NCBI GenBank assembly: GCA_963826235.1
Contig: CAWGWE010000002.1
Location: forward strand, 626,399-690,398
DNA length: 64,000 nt
From: Pyrinomonadaceae bacterium
GTDB taxonomy: Bacteria > Acidobacteriota > Blastocatellia > Pyrinomonadales > Pyrinomonadaceae
Direction of reading: 5' to 3'
The translations under genes were made by a program, and so were the position numbers. Under the pieces are notes generated by a model. It saw nothing but the letters and a program-made list of their open reading frames with translations. It made no database searches and had not been told where the DNA came from. Below, piece by piece: positions 27,434 to 41,382 of this stretch (its first letter is position 1; each line of letters opens with the position of its first letter).

Positions 27434-28690
27434 ATGACGATCTTACGAAGCGATATCTACGAAAACCTGCGGATGGCGCTTTCGACCCTCCTGGCGAACA
27501 AGCTTCGTTCGTTTCTCACCGTGTTCGGCGTCGTGATCGGAGTTATCACCGTCATGTTGATTGCCTCGATTATCAGCGGCATCGACGTGTCGGTGAAAAA
27601 GGAAGTCGAGTCGTTTGGCACGCGCTCCATCTTCATCAGCAAATACAATCCCGGCATCCACGTAGGACGCATGTCACGCGAAGAGAGGATGCGTAAGGAA
27701 CTTACGTACGACGACGCCGTTGCCCTGCAAAGTCTGCCGGCCGTCGAGATCTCAGTTCCCTTCCTCGACATTACGAACAACTTCTTCGGACAGAAACTGC
27801 TGGTTTCAGGCGGCGGCAAAACTACGGCGGGTGTGGCCTTACAGGGAACGCTTCCTGAATTCGAGCGAGCGGGAACACAAGTGATTTCCGAAGGACGTTT
27901 CTTTACTCAATCGGAAAATGACACTAAGCAAGAAGTCTGCGTCATCGGATCGAAAGTGGCGGACGATTTCTTTCCTTTTGGATCGCCAATTGAACAAACT
28001 ATCAAGATTGGTGCTGACGACTTTCGCGTCGTGGGCGTATTGCAGAAGCGGGAACAGTTTTTGATCAGCGGCGGCAGTGACGATCAGAACAACGTTATCT
28101 ATTTGCCTTACGAGATCGCCAGAAAGTTGAAGCCGAACGCCGACGATGTTTACATCCTGGCCGTAGCCAGACCGGGAATGATGGATGAAGCGAAGGATCA
28201 GGTGCGCGACATGTTGCGCGTGAGGCGACAGGTTCAATTCGCGGCGCCCGATAATTTTGGAATGGAGACGGCGGAAAGCATTCTCGACAACTTCCGCTCA
28301 ATCACGGCCGGCCTGGCGATAGCCATGGTTGTGATTTCATCGGTGGGCCTGATGGTGGGTGGCATCGGCGTGATGAACATCATGCTGGTGTCGGTGACCG
28401 AACGCACGCGCGAGATTGGTGTGCGCAAAGCAATTGGCGCCAAACGAAGCGACATCATGTGGCAGTTCCTGATCGAGGCAGCGACACTGACAGGCATTGG
28501 CGGCATCGTAGGTCTCTCAATTGGCTGGCTGCTGACTTTGTTATTGAGCCTGTTACTTCCTTCATATGTGCCGCTCTGGGCGCCCATTGGTGGACTGGTG
28601 GCGAGTGTGGGGATTGGTTTGATCTTTGGACTCTGGCCCGCGTGGAAAGCGGCCCGGCTCGATCCCATCGAATCGCTTAGGTACGAGTGA
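27434..28690 (+). CDS. ABC transporter permease, MacB-like, paralog 4
   Basis: 418 aa with an ATG start. It contains 'LLANKLRSFLTVFGVVIGV' and 'MNIMLVSVTERTREIGVRKAIGA', and ends 'LDPIESLRYE'. Confidence 0.8.
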   Translation: MTILRSDIYENLRMALSTLLANKLRSFLTVFGVVIGVITVMLIASIISGIDVSVKKEVESFGTRSIFISKYNPGIHVGRMSREERMRKELTYDDAVALQSLPAVEISVPFLDITNNFFGQKLLVSGGGKTTAGVALQGTLPEFERAGTQVISEGRFFTQSENDTKQEVCVIGSKVADDFFPFGSPIEQTIKIGADDFRVVGVLQKREQFLISGGSDDQNNVIYLPYEIARKLKPNADDVYILAVARPGMMDEAKDQVRDMLRVRRQVQFAAPDNFGMETAESILDNFRSITAGLAIAMVVISSVGLMVGGIGVMNIMLVSVTERTREIGVRKAIGAKRSDIMWQFLIEAATLTGIGGIVGLSIGWLLTLLLSLLLPSYVPLWAPIGGLVASVGIGLIFGLWPAWKAARLDPIESLRYE

Positions 28691-28707
28691 TCGGCTATAC
28701 CCAAAAC

Positions 28708-28834
28708 AACCGCCAAGCCGCCAATAAGCGCCAAAGACGCCAGGACTGTCTACAACAACCGCCATCTGTCGGTCCCCGGAGGGGACAATTATGAACCTTG
28801 CGTTCTCTGCGCTCTTGAGCGGCTTGGCGGTCTC
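28708..28834. repeat. CGCCAAG-family inverted repeat with inner hairpin
   Basis: The arm 'aaccgccaagccgccaataagcgccaaagacgccaggac' pairs with 'gagcggcttggcggtctc'. The inner hairpin gtcccc-gga-ggggac lies at 28772-28786. Confidence 0.8.
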
Positions 28835-28850
28835 TTAGTGGTCCCTTTCC

Positions 28851-29888
28851 TTAGCTAATGAAGCTGGGGAAGAGCGCTGCCATGGTCATCACGAAAAGCA
28901 GGCCAATCACCCAGAAAAGGATGGCTGTGCCCCAGGCCGCGCCCTTGCTTACTTTCTGACCGCCGTGCTTCAGCCCAGTCGCCTTTAACCACAACCCATA
29001 AAACGAAAGAAGTCCGAACGCACTCGCAAGTACGAACAGCACCGGATGCTCAGCGGGTGTAAACAATATTCCCAGGTTGTCCTGGACCAACGTCTCCTGG
29101 CCCATGATGGGATGGATGTCGTCAATATCTTTGATGTACAGCAGCGGCAAACTGATGAGTTTCTGAATTACGACGATCGGAATATACGCGTAAACTATTA
29201 CGCAGAACGATTGCCAGAAATTGATGCGCCCGCCAAACACCAAAACGCCGAGCATGAAAAGGGCTCCAAGAACGCTCAAGAACACGAAGGTGCCAACGAC
29301 GCTCTTTATGGCGGTTCCGACTCGCTGCACCGGATTCTTCGCCTGTTCCAAACCTTGTTCACGCGTGCGCTCAACGGCATCGGCGGGAATCATCGGAGTT
29401 TGGGCCATTTTTTCGGCAGTGAAGTTAACAATACGCTCTGGGGTGAGCCGCTGCTGAAACGCCACCGCATAGATAATGTTTAAACTGCAAATTACGAGCA
29501 ACCCGGCGAGCCATCTGGGATGCGATCGCAAATTATTGAAAACGCGAATTGGTTCGTAAAAGACGCCGGCAATTCTTTCGAACGCAGACATCGGAGGCGG
29601 AGCGTCTGGGCCAGTTTTTGGCAAGCGAATAAAGCTAAACGCAAACAGGAGTACACCCCAGAAACAAACCGCGCCGCCGGTCTGTAGACCACCGGCAATA
29701 AATCCGGCGATCCCGCCAATAACAATTAAGAGCCCAAGCGCAAACAAAATAATCGCGGGCTTGCGCAAGTAGAGCGGCCGCGGCGCAGGTTCTTCAGTTA
29801 GAGGTGGCGGCGTTGGCGGCGGTGGCGGTGAAAAAGGTTCACCTGGCAACGCGGCATTCGACTGGGGGTTCATATCGCTCATTAGCAT
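28851..29888 (-). CDS. Yip1-domain family membrane protein
   Basis: 345 aa with a Pro-rich N-terminus, 2 TM segments, then a Yip1/DUF1282-like five-TM core ('FYEPIRVFNNLRSHPRW...'). Confidence 0.55.
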   Translation of the reverse strand: MLMSDMNPQSNAALPGEPFSPPPPPTPPPLTEEPAPRPLYLRKPAIILFALGLLIVIGGIAGFIAGGLQTGGAVCFWGVLLFAFSFIRLPKTGPDAPPPMSAFERIAGVFYEPIRVFNNLRSHPRWLAGLLVICSLNIIYAVAFQQRLTPERIVNFTAEKMAQTPMIPADAVERTREQGLEQAKNPVQRVGTAIKSVVGTFVFLSVLGALFMLGVLVFGGRINFWQSFCVIVYAYIPIVVIQKLISLPLLYIKDIDDIHPIMGQETLVQDNLGILFTPAEHPVLFVLASAFGLLSFYGLWLKATGLKHGGQKVSKGAAWGTAILFWVIGLLFVMTMAALFPSFIS

Positions 29889-29989
29889 TTCCTCCTGGAG
29901 TGAGAGGACGGGGAGATTCGCTTCCGTCCGCGATAGTGTATTCGGCTGGTTAGCCTCACGGTCGTTGCTTGATACGTCGTTAATAAAGT

Positions 29990-32408
<2,419 letters not shown>

Positions 32409-33310
32409 ATCGAAACAAAACGGCCATCCCTGATCGCCGGAATGAATTTGATTTGTCGCGCAGCGCCAATCGCTCGTTCGTTCAGACCATCTGGCAAACC
32501 ACTGAGAAGTCTTATATTGGTAACTTCCCCGGACGCTGAAAAAATTGCGCGCAGCACTACCGTTCCCATTGTCTGACTCGCACGCGCGGCCTCTGTATAG
32601 GAGGGTTCGGGCTTCGAAAGAACCCGCGTTTTTTGTGTTACGTCGCGTCCTGTAAAAGGCTGGGATGCAGCTTCGGTGCTAATCCCGGTTGAAGCTATTG
32701 ATTGCGCTTCGCCCGGACCCTCTGAAATGACATTACCTTCAGTTGAACGCTCGAAACTGATCGATTCAAAAAACTTCGGCAAATTGGTCTCCGGGTCAAC
32801 GAGCGTCGAACTATACGCGGAGAAAACATAAGTCCGATTCTTTGAGGCAAGGAATTGGGTTACGCCTCTAAGCGTCGCGTCTTCAAAAGCATATTCTTTC
32901 CCCTCGACGGCAGGCGTTTTGAGGCTTCTTTTAAATTGGCTGTTTGAAGGCACGCCGAGCGATTCGATGAATTGGTCAAGTGATTGTTTGGTCTCAAAAA
33001 CTCGGATTAAGTACGCGACGCCGCCGTAATACGCACCGATAATGTGATGCAAGTGACTACCTGATGGTCTCAATTTATACTCACGCTTGTAACTACTTAA
33101 GGCTGGCGCTGCCGGTAGCAGGACAGAGAATTCCCCATCTTTAAGTCTGAAACGGTTCCATTCGCCCGTAGGGCGAGCAGCGGCAGCATCCGTTGTTTGC
33201 CCTCGGGAAACACCTACAATGCTTACCAAGAGAAATGCTAGCGATAGCAGTATGAATAGCGTTCGCCATGCTGTGCGTCTCGCAAAATCTTTCATCCCAA
33301 CCTCCAATTC

Positions 33311-34253
33311 TTACAGTCCCAGCTTGTCCATCTTCGCATTCTCGTATTCGCTATCTTCGCCGGGATAGCGCAGCAGTTTGTCGAACTTGCCGGTCTCTTT
33401 CGCGAGCGCCCAGATAATGCTTTCACCAGCAGGCACGATGTTAGGCGTTGCAGAAAACACCGGGTCCTTGAAAGCATCAGCGGCGTCGATCAGTTTCCAG
33501 CCTTTCTCCTGGAACATGTCGAGCAGATCGCCGAGGAACAACGCGTTAAGTAGATTGTAGTGCATCAGAATCGTGTGCTTGACCGGGCGTCCTAAGACTT
33601 TGCGAGCGAGATCGTCGTAATAAAGCGAACGCTCCCACATGTGGCTGAGATAGAAATCGCGATAAGGCCCGACATCAGCGGCTGGATCTTTCGCGAGGCG
33701 CGCGCTCAGACGACCTTCGACTGCCCAATCTGAAGCATCGATCGTGACGTGACCGATTCGGTAGCCTTTCTCTTTGAGATGTTTCGCACCGCGTCGCGCT
33801 CGACGGCAGACTCACCTTCCTTCAAGAACGGAAAGCGGAAACTCTTTTGAAACTGCGGGAAAAAGATTTGAGTAGCTCGTCACACTTCTCGATGTCCGCA
33901 GAAAATTCCTCCGGTGTCACCTTGCTACTATTTAAATCCTTGTGCGAGTAAGAGTGGTTCCCAATCAAATGGCCGGCGCGATCCCATTCTTTTAATAGCT
34001 CTTTTCCCTTGTCATTGTCAGCGAATCTGCATGTTACAAAAAGCGCTGCCTTGAGATTGCCGTGTGTGCGCAACGCGGCCAGCAAGGCCCCGTTCCGCTG
34101 ATCTGGATCCAGCTTGACGGATTTGTTCCAGTTAAAGTCGTCAATCGTGATGGCGATCTCTGGACGAACTTTTGCTGATGTGGTCAGCGACTGGGCTAAG
34201 CCGATTCCCAGTGCACTGAACCCGAGTGCGCAAGTAAATTCTCTTCTGTTCAT
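33311..34253 (-). pseudogene. Polysaccharide deacetylase (NodB/CE4 family), two frame changes
   Basis: ORF 33822..34319 trimmed to ATG 34253 (RBS GAGGTGAGG) has the leader 'MNRREFTCALGFSALGIGLA' and motifs 'ITIDDF' and 'GNHSYSH'. 'FRFPFLKEG' is in a second frame. 'HLKEKGYRIGHVTIDASDWAVEG...YLSHMWERS' (ORF 33311..33640) is in a third. The shifts lie at the A-run 33860-33864 and near 33780-33790. Confidence 0.65.
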
Positions 34254-34263
34254 CCTCACCTCA

Positions 34264-35874
34264 TTAAACGGTGGCCGATTCGCGATACTCACCCCAAACC
34301 GTTCGCAAGCGATTACCAATCTCGCCGACAGTTACATACGCCGCAACGCAGTTCAGAATGCGTGGTAACAAGTTTTCTGTTCCCCGAGCTGCTTCTTCCA
34401 ATTTTGCGAGGGCGTGATCAGCGGCAGCAGCATCGCGCCGCGCACGCACTGCACGAACTCGCTCTATCTGCGCGCGCTCAACATCCGCATTCACTCTCAA
34501 GATTGGTACGGCCGGTTCTTCGCCCACTTGATACTTGTTGACGCCAACGACGATTGCGTCGCCGCTTTCAATCGCCCGCTGATACCGATAGGCCGACTCC
34601 TGTATTTCGCGTTGCACGTAACCTGACTCGATCGCGCGCAGCATGCCACCAAGCGCATCAATCTTATCGAGATACTCGTTTGCCTTAGTTTCGATTTCAG
34701 TAGTCAGCTGTTCGATAGCGTAGGAACCAGCAAAGGGATCCGCGGTATCAGCCACGCCGGATTCGTTCGCAATTACCTGCTGCGTGCGCAGGGCAATCTG
34801 CGCGGCCTGCTCTGTAGGCAACGCCAACGCTTCATCCATCGCATTCGTATGCAGCGACTGCGTGCCGCCAAGAACAGCTGCGAGTGCCTGAATGGTAGTG
34901 CGGACAATGTTTACTTCGGGTTGCTGCGCCGTCAGGGTCGAACCCGCAGTCTGGGTGTGAAACCGCAGCATTAGAGACCTGGGGTCGCTCGCCTTGAATC
35001 GCTCGCGCATGGTGCGGGCCCAGAGTCGCCGCGCGGCGCGAAACTTGGCAATCTCTTCCAACAGGTTGTTGTGTGAGTTGAAAAAGAATGAGATGCGCGG
35101 CGCAAAGTCGTCCACTGCGAGGCCAGCTTGTAAAGCCGCGTCAACGTAAGTGATGCCGTCAGCAAGAGTGAAAGCGACTTCCTGAACAGCGGTCGAGCCG
35201 GCCTCTCGAATGTGATAGCCGCTAATCGAGATCGTGTTCCAATTCGGGACCTCGCGCGCGCAGAAAGCAAAAGTGTCAGTCACCAGCCGCAGCGAAGGGG
35301 CCGGAGGATAGATGTAAGTGCCGCGTGCAATGTATTCCTTGAGAATGTCGTTCTGGAGCGTCCCTTTGAGTTTGTCGAAACTAACTTTCTGTTGCCGGGC
35401 TACTGCCAGATAGAGACAAAGCAATGTCGAGGCAGTCGCGTTGATAGTCATCGAAGTCGAGACTGTATCGAGGGGAATTTCGTCAAAGAGGCGCGCCATG
35501 TCGTCGAGGGAATCGATCGCCACACCAACTTTTCCCACCTCGCCGGTCGCGAGTGGATCGTCTGAATCCAAACCGATCTGGGTAGGCAGATCGAAAGCTA
35601 CCGAGAGTCCGGTTGTTCCCTGCGCCAGCAAAAATTTGTAACGGGCGTTTGATTCTTCAGCGGAGGCGTAACCCGCATATTGCCGCATGGTCCAGAAGCG
35701 GCGGCGATACATGTTGGGATAGATGCCGCGGGTGTAGGGAAACTCACCAGGCGCGCCGAGATCCCGATCATAGTCGAGTGGCGTTGTGTTCTCAGGGTTG
35801 AAGTCGGCCGGCAGCTCGATTCCTGATGAGGTTTCAAAGCGTTCGCGACGTTCGCTGTCTGTCTTCGCTGCCAT
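34264..35874 (-). CDS. Methylmalonyl-CoA mutase family large (substrate-binding) subunit, without B12-binding domain
   Basis: 536 aa with '[25 protein letters not shown]', '[14 protein letters not shown]' and '[12 protein letters not shown]'. It ends before the cobalamin-binding module. Confidence 0.85.
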   Translation of the reverse strand: MAAKTDSERRERFETSSGIELPADFNPENTTPLDYDRDLGAPGEFPYTRGIYPNMYRRRFWTMRQYAGYASAEESNARYKFLLAQGTTGLSVAFDLPTQIGLDSDDPLATGEVGKVGVAIDSLDDMARLFDEIPLDTVSTSMTINATASTLLCLYLAVARQQKVSFDKLKGTLQNDILKEYIARGTYIYPPAPSLRLVTDTFAFCAREVPNWNTISISGYHIREAGSTAVQEVAFTLADGITYVDAALQAGLAVDDFAPRISFFFNSHNNLLEEIAKFRAARRLWARTMRERFKASDPRSLMLRFHTQTAGSTLTAQQPEVNIVRTTIQALAAVLGGTQSLHTNAMDEALALPTEQAAQIALRTQQVIANESGVADTADPFAGSYAIEQLTTEIETKANEYLDKIDALGGMLRAIESGYVQREIQESAYRYQRAIESGDAIVVGVNKYQVGEEPAVPILRVNADVERAQIERVRAVRARRDAAAADHALAKLEEAARGTENLLPRILNCVAAYVTVGEIGNRLRTVWGEYRESATV

Positions 35875-35911
35875 TTGTCGCTAGTTTATCAGGAAAATAG
35901 GTGCTGGGTGG

Positions 35912-35988
35912 AAAGTCCGATGTCCTAAGTCCTGAGTTCAACGTCCGTTATCCCAATTGACATTGGACTTTGGACAACGGACATTGGG
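35912..35988. repeat. GGACATT/GGACTTT-family imperfect inverted repeat
   Basis: The arm 'aaagtccgatgtcctaagtcctgagttcaacgtccgtt' faces 'ttgacattggactttggacaacggacattggg'. Confidence 0.7.
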
Positions 35989-35994
35989 CTACTT

Positions 35995-37161
35995 ATGCAA
36001 ACCGTCACCGTCAAAAAACGCGGCGCGGATCGCCTGCGCCAGGGACATCTGTGGATCTATCGGAGCGATGTGTTTGACGCGGCTGATGCATCCGGGGGTA
36101 GCGTGGTTGAAATCAAAGATCAAAAAGGAAACTTTGTCGGTCAGGCTCTCTTCAGCAATTCTTCAGAAATCACTTTGCGTCTCCTTACCCAGACTCACGA
36201 GCGCATTGATCGAGAATGGTGGCGACGTCGCCTCCAAACCGCTGCGGCCCGGCGTTCGAAAATTGGCGAGGACACCAATGCCTACCGCCTCGTTTACTCC
36301 GAAGGGGACCTTCTGCCTTCGTTAATCATCGACCGCTACGACGATGTCTTTGTGATGCAGAATCTCGCGCAAGGCACGGAAGCAATAAAAGAAACTCTCG
36401 TTGAATTGCTGGTCGAGGAATTCGCACCACGTGCGGTGATTGAAAGAAACGACGTCAAGGTGCGCTCGTTTGAAGGGCTTCAATCGGTTACCGGAACACT
36501 ATTCGGTACTGCCCCGGAAGAGCTGCAAATCCTGCAGCACGGATTGCGGTTCCTCGTAGCGCCGCTCTCGGGACAGAAAACCGGGTCATTTCTTGATCAG
36601 CGAGAGAATCGTTTGGCTGCACGCGACCTCGCGCGCGGGCGTGGCCTGGACTGTTTCACCTTCAACGGTGCGTTCGCATTGCACCTCGCCGCCAAATGCG
36701 AAACCGTTACCGGCGTCGATATCTCGGCAGACGCGCTTGCGATCGCGCGCCGCAACGCAGAACTCAACGGCATCACTAACGTTGAGTTTCACGAAGCGAA
36801 TGTCTTCGACGCGTTAAGAGAGTTGGAACAAGCCGGCGAACATTTCGACACGATCGTCCTGGATCCGCCCGCCTTCGCCAAGAATCGCGCGAGTGTGAAG
36901 GCCGCCGCGCGTGGCTATAAGGAAATCAACCTGCGGGCTTTGAAACTACTGAACCCGGGCGGCGTGCTCGTCACCTGCACCTGTTCCTACCACATGTCAG
37001 AAGGAATGTTTTTGGAGTTGCTGGCTGCAGCGGCCAATGATGCTCACCGCCGGGTGCAGATTATCGAGAAGCGCACGCAGGCCAGCGACCATCCAATCCT
37101 GCTCGGAATGCCGGAGACTTACTATTTGAAGTGTGTGATCGTGCGCCTGGTCGAGTGCTGA
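35995..37161 (+). CDS. rlmI: Class I SAM-dependent rRNA methyltransferase (RlmI-like, PUA + MTase)
   Basis: 388 aa with 'RLRQGHLWIYRSDV', 'QKTGSFLDQRENR' and 'VLDPPAF', plus the C-terminal 'THPILL'-type region 'DHPILLGMPETYYLK'. Confidence 0.7.
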   Translation: MQTVTVKKRGADRLRQGHLWIYRSDVFDAADASGGSVVEIKDQKGNFVGQALFSNSSEITLRLLTQTHERIDREWWRRRLQTAAARRSKIGEDTNAYRLVYSEGDLLPSLIIDRYDDVFVMQNLAQGTEAIKETLVELLVEEFAPRAVIERNDVKVRSFEGLQSVTGTLFGTAPEELQILQHGLRFLVAPLSGQKTGSFLDQRENRLAARDLARGRGLDCFTFNGAFALHLAAKCETVTGVDISADALAIARRNAELNGITNVEFHEANVFDALRELEQAGEHFDTIVLDPPAFAKNRASVKAAARGYKEINLRALKLLNPGGVLVTCTCSYHMSEGMFLELLAAAANDAHRRVQIIEKRTQASDHPILLGMPETYYLKCVIVRLVEC

Positions 37162-37170
37162 TCCAGCTCG

Positions 37171-37701
37171 CTAACTGACTTTGGGCGCGATGCGAAAGGA
37201 TGAGAAAAACCGGTTGCCGTTCGGAATGCTTTCTTGTCCCTGTGGGTAAACGTAGGTGAGTATGTAGGGCCGTTTGCCTACGATGAAGACCCTGGCCTTG
37301 AAAATGAACTGCCTATCCCCAGCCAGGAACTCACCCGTGTAGTCCAATCCCTGATAAGTCCCCAAAATAATTTTGTTAGAAGTGAGAAGTTTGCCCTTCA
37401 CAGCCTTCACAAAGTTGTCCCGGTTCGCTTCCAGCTCCTTGTTCGTGTTGAAAACGAAGCTTGGTTCGTAATCTACCCAGCCGATGAGGTACAGCTGGCC
37501 GGCGACGTTAGCCGTATACATAGTCGAGGTGTAGGAGGGATAAGGAGTCGCGGTAGACTTTTTCTCTTCAGTGGGTTGTTTCGGAAGCGATACCGAGAAA
37601 TTTCCTGCCGTCGAATTGAACTTCACCCAATCCCCAGTCTGAAATCCTGAAGCAATACTGAGGACAAACAACATCAGGCACAGTGCGGGAAAGGTTTTCA
37701 T
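37171..37701 (-). CDS. Hypothetical secreted protein
   Basis: 176 aa with signal peptide 'MKTFPALCLMLFVLSIASG'. No family recognised. Confidence 0.5.
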   Translation of the reverse strand: MKTFPALCLMLFVLSIASGFQTGDWVKFNSTAGNFSVSLPKQPTEEKKSTATPYPSYTSTMYTANVAGQLYLIGWVDYEPSFVFNTNKELEANRDNFVKAVKGKLLTSNKIILGTYQGLDYTGEFLAGDRQFIFKARVFIVGKRPYILTYVYPQGQESIPNGNRFFSSFRIAPKVS

Positions 37702-37731
37702 AGGGGCGGCTCTTCGTCTTTTAACGGTGGA

Positions 37732-39439
37732 TTAACTGCGGGTGCTGCCGCCGCGCACGCTCTCGGCGAGGCGCTTGGCATCGGGCAGGGCTTCGAGCGC
37801 ACGCAGGACCTGCGGATCACTATCCAATAACACGCGGGCTCCGGCATCGTTGGAAAAGGCCGCGGTGACAATCTCTTCGCGAAGTCGCAGCTTCACAAAA
37901 TCCAGTTCTTCGTCAATCTGCGCGGGCGTCAACTGGGATTCCGCATCGAGTCGGACCCAGCTGCGAAACGCTTCCAGGACACGATCGCTGATGGCGAAGT
38001 CCGAAGCTTTTGGATTTCGTCCGTACTGCACCTTATCTACTTTGAACGTCTCCAATCCGGGAATCAGACCGGCTGCCAGGAGGCGCGTGAATTGGAAGGC
38101 GGATTCCGCGACTCTCGCGCGCTGCGGCGTGAAGGTCAAAGGCTTCTGCTCAATATCAGGACTGATACCGCCACCACCATAGAAGACCCGTCCCGCCATT
38201 GTCTTCACTGCTGGCCCGGTATGCGACATAGCCACTGGGCTAACTGCGCCGGCGGGGAACGGCGCCGTTTGCACCAGCGGGCGGAGCGATCGGTTTATTT
38301 TCTTCTTCGTTGTGCTTGACGAAGTAGTCGTAAAACGAACCACTCGCATATTCGCGTTGCAGCGAGCGACCGAAAGGCGTGTAGTAGCGTGCGGTTGTTA
38401 AGGTTAGTCCAGTATTGAAGGGCAGTTGATAGACACGTTGTACCAGGCCCTTCCCGAAACTTGTTTCGCCGACCACTAGACCGCGGTCATGATCCTGAAT
38501 CGCGCCCGCAACGATCTCTGAAGCTGACGCCGTGCCGCGATTGATCAGCACAACGAGAGGTACATCTTCCGGTTCGGAGCCACTTGATTTGTAAACAATG
38601 GGTTCGTTGTAATCGCCTCGGCCTTTCACCGAAACAACTACCTGACCGCGCGGCAGGAACTCGCTGGACACGTCGATCGCCTGTTCAAGCAAGCCGCCTG
38701 GGTTCCCGCGCAGATCCAGAATCAATTGGCGCATGCCCTGCGTTTTTAGTTTCGTGATCGCTTCGCGCAACTCTTCGCCGGTTGTGTGTTGGAATCCGCC
38801 GGTCAAACCGATGTAGCCGGTCCCCGGTCGCACCATGTACGCATTTCGAATCGAAGGGAGTGGCACCGCATCGCGGACAAGGGTGAAATCAAGTGGCGCC
38901 TCCGAACCGGCGCGATCAACTTTGATTGTTACTGGCTTGCCTAAAGCCCCGCGCACGTTCTTAGAGACTTGTTCGCTCGACCAGTCGCGCGCGTCCTTGC
39001 CGTCGACTTCCAAGATCCGATCGCCATATCGCAGTCCCAGGCGAGCTGCCGGAGTGTTCTCCACCGCGGACTGAATATAAACACCGTCGCGGTGCTGCAC
39101 GATCGTCACACCAATGCCGTAGAAGCGTGAATCTTGATCCTCTTTCAGCTTCTTGAATTCGTTGTAGGGAAAGTAAGTTGAGTGGGGATCGAGAGTAGTG
39201 AGCATCCCCTGCACCGCGGCTTGAGTCGCCTTCTCGTAATCAATTTCGCCAACGTAATTGGAAGAAACAGTACTTACGGCCTCGTTGTAATCTTTTTCAA
39301 TCTCTTCTGCGGGACGATCACTCACGGGTCCGCCGATTGCCACGGTGCGGCGCAGGCGCTTGGAAGTACCTAGCGTCCCGCCCAGAACTGCGGTCACAAG
39401 AATCAGCGCACCCGCAATGATGATGAATTTCTTTGCCAT
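37732..39439 (-). pseudogene. S41 family carboxyl-terminal processing peptidase, frame-disrupted
   Basis: ORF 38240..39439 has a signal anchor, a PDZ domain ('GIGVTI...GDRILEVDG') and the S41 core ('RGNPGGLL', 'INRGTASASEIVAGA'). ORF 37732..38349 contains 'RVFYGGGGISPDI'. The two join across a 1-nt indel at GGGG 38254-38257. Confidence 0.75.
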
Positions 39440-39587
39440 TTCGATTTCAGTCGGATTAGATGCCGCAATCGCAATTTCGATAGTCGCGACCGTAGAAATA
39501 TTAGCACAGTGTCAGCCGATCTTCCCTGACAGTCCGGGCTCTCTCGCTATGATATATTGCCATTTAGACTATTTATTCTGATAACGA

Positions 39588-40410
39588 ATGCAGGCTCTTG
39601 TTTCCATCGTCGTTCCGGCCTACAACGAAGGCACCCGGCTGCGAGAGTCGCTCCCCAGGATTCTCGCTTATCTGAACCAGGAGTTCGCCAGTTCCGAATT
39701 AATCGTAGTTGATGACGGATCGACAGATAACACAGCGGAAGTTGCCCGCGAGTCTTTGGCAAATTCCGGCGACGTGCGACACCGGAGTCCTCAGTTACAA
39801 ACAGAATCTGGGCAAAGGCCGGGCAGTGCGGCTGGGCTTGCTCGCCTCACGCGGTGACGTGGCGCTGTTTACCGACGCCGATCTTTCGACGCCAATCACC
39901 GAGACGCCGAAACTGATAACACCTATCGTCAACGGCGAGTGCGATCTGACATTTGGTTCGCGCGCCCTCGATCGCGGACTGATTGGCGTCCATCAACCCT
40001 GGCGCCGCGAGCAGGGAGGAAGAGTATTCAATCTCGCCGTCCGGCTGGCGACGCGACTGCCTTTCTGGGACACTCAGTGCGGCTTCAAAGCGTTTCGCAT
40101 GCAGGTTTGCCGGCCCCTGATTGAAGGCGCAACCATCGATCGCTTTGGATTTGATGTCGAGCTCATTTACCTGGCGTACCGCGCTGGGCTGCGACTACGC
40201 GAAGTGCCGGTGCGTTGGGACCATTACGAAGGTAGCAAGGTGAATGTGTTCAGCGACAGCTTTAAGATGTTGAGCGAAGTTGGATTGATTCGACAGCAGG
40301 CGCGCCGCGGAGTTTATGATCAGGCGATCCGCGCTGCGCGGACTGAACCAGTAGGCGTAGTCAGTAGTCAGGAAACAGGCGTCAGCAGTCAGTTGCTTAG
40401 TTGTCAGTAG
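39588..40410 (+). pseudogene. Family 2 glycosyltransferase (dolichyl/polyprenyl-phosphate sugar transferase-like), frame-disrupted
   Basis: ORF 39588..39857 contains 'VSIVVPAYNEG' and 'LIVVDDGSTDNT'. ORF 39709..40410 contains 'NLGKGRAVRLG', 'FTDADLSTP' and 'QCGFKAF'. The frame changes at about 39776-39782. The last ~20 codons ('VVSSQETGVSSQLLSCQ') are encoded by the GTCAGTA repeat. Confidence 0.7.
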
Positions 40411-40536
40411 TGTTAGTGGCGGTGGTCGTCCGCATGGCGTACAAAAGAGCCGGAACACACAAAGAACCGAATCCTTCGACTGACGACTGACGACTGACCA
40501 CTGACTATTGACACTAACCACTGACCACTGACTATT
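40351..40536. repeat. GTCAGTA-family inverted repeat (about 60-nt arms)
   Basis: The left arm is 'gtaggcgtagtcagtagtcaggaaacaggcgtcagcagtcagttgcttagttgtcagtagtgttagtgg'. The right arm is 'cgactgacgactgacgactgaccactgactattgacactaaccactgaccactgactatt'. Confidence 0.85.
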
Positions 40537-40564
40537 AAAGATAAATAAATGGAAAAGGCTAAGA

Positions 40565-41347
40565 ATGACTGCCCGCCTAAACGTAAACATCGATCACGTA
40601 GCCACAGTGCGCCAGGCGCGGCGTGCTCCTGAACCAAGCACCGTGGCGGCGGCAATGATCTGTGAACAAGCAGGAGCTGACGGCATTACCGTCCACCTGC
40701 GCGGTGATCGGCGTCATATTCAGGATCAGGATCTGCCGATCCTGCGTCGCTCAATTTCTACTTATCTCAACCTGGAGATGGCCGCGACTGAAGAGATGCT
40801 AAAGATCGCTCTCGATGCGCGGCCCGATGCTGTCTCACTTGTCGCGGAAAATCCAAACGAGATTACAACCGAAGGTGGTCTTAACGTCGTAGAAAACATT
40901 GCCATCGTACGCGCTGCTGTCAGTAAGCTACGACAAGCGAACATTCTTACCAGTCTCTTTATCGATCCGGATCCGCGGCAGATCGAAGCCGCGCATGATA
41001 TTGGAGCGCAACAAGTGGAGTTATGTACCGCCGCTTACGCTGAGGCAACGTTGGGCGCACGCGGCATTCACGGGGAAGGCGCCAGCGCTGCGGCTAAAGA
41101 GTTAAGAAGATTGCGCGACGGCGCGGGCTTGGCCGCGCAGTATGGTTTGCTCGTGGCAGCCGGACATGGACTCACCTATCGAAACGTGGGCGCGGTCGCA
41201 ACCATTACGGAGATAACCGAATTCAACATCGGTCATAACATCATTGCGCGATCGATTTTTGTGGGACTGGAGCGTGCCGTACGCGAAATGAAAGAGGTAA
41301 TCGCCAAAGGAGGCCAACGAAACGGGGCGCGGCCGAAGTCATTTTAA
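40565..41347 (+). CDS. pdxJ: Pyridoxine 5'-phosphate synthase
   Basis: 260 aa with 'LNVNIDHVATVRQAR', 'ITVHLRGDRRHI' and 'AAGHGLTYRNV'. Confidence 0.85.
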   Translation: MTARLNVNIDHVATVRQARRAPEPSTVAAAMICEQAGADGITVHLRGDRRHIQDQDLPILRRSISTYLNLEMAATEEMLKIALDARPDAVSLVAENPNEITTEGGLNVVENIAIVRAAVSKLRQANILTSLFIDPDPRQIEAAHDIGAQQVELCTAAYAEATLGARGIHGEGASAAAKELRRLRDGAGLAAQYGLLVAAGHGLTYRNVGAVATITEITEFNIGHNIIARSIFVGLERAVREMKEVIAKGGQRNGARPKSF

Positions 41348-41382
41348 AGCAGGGCAGCTCTCACCCGGCTTTTTGATTTTCC

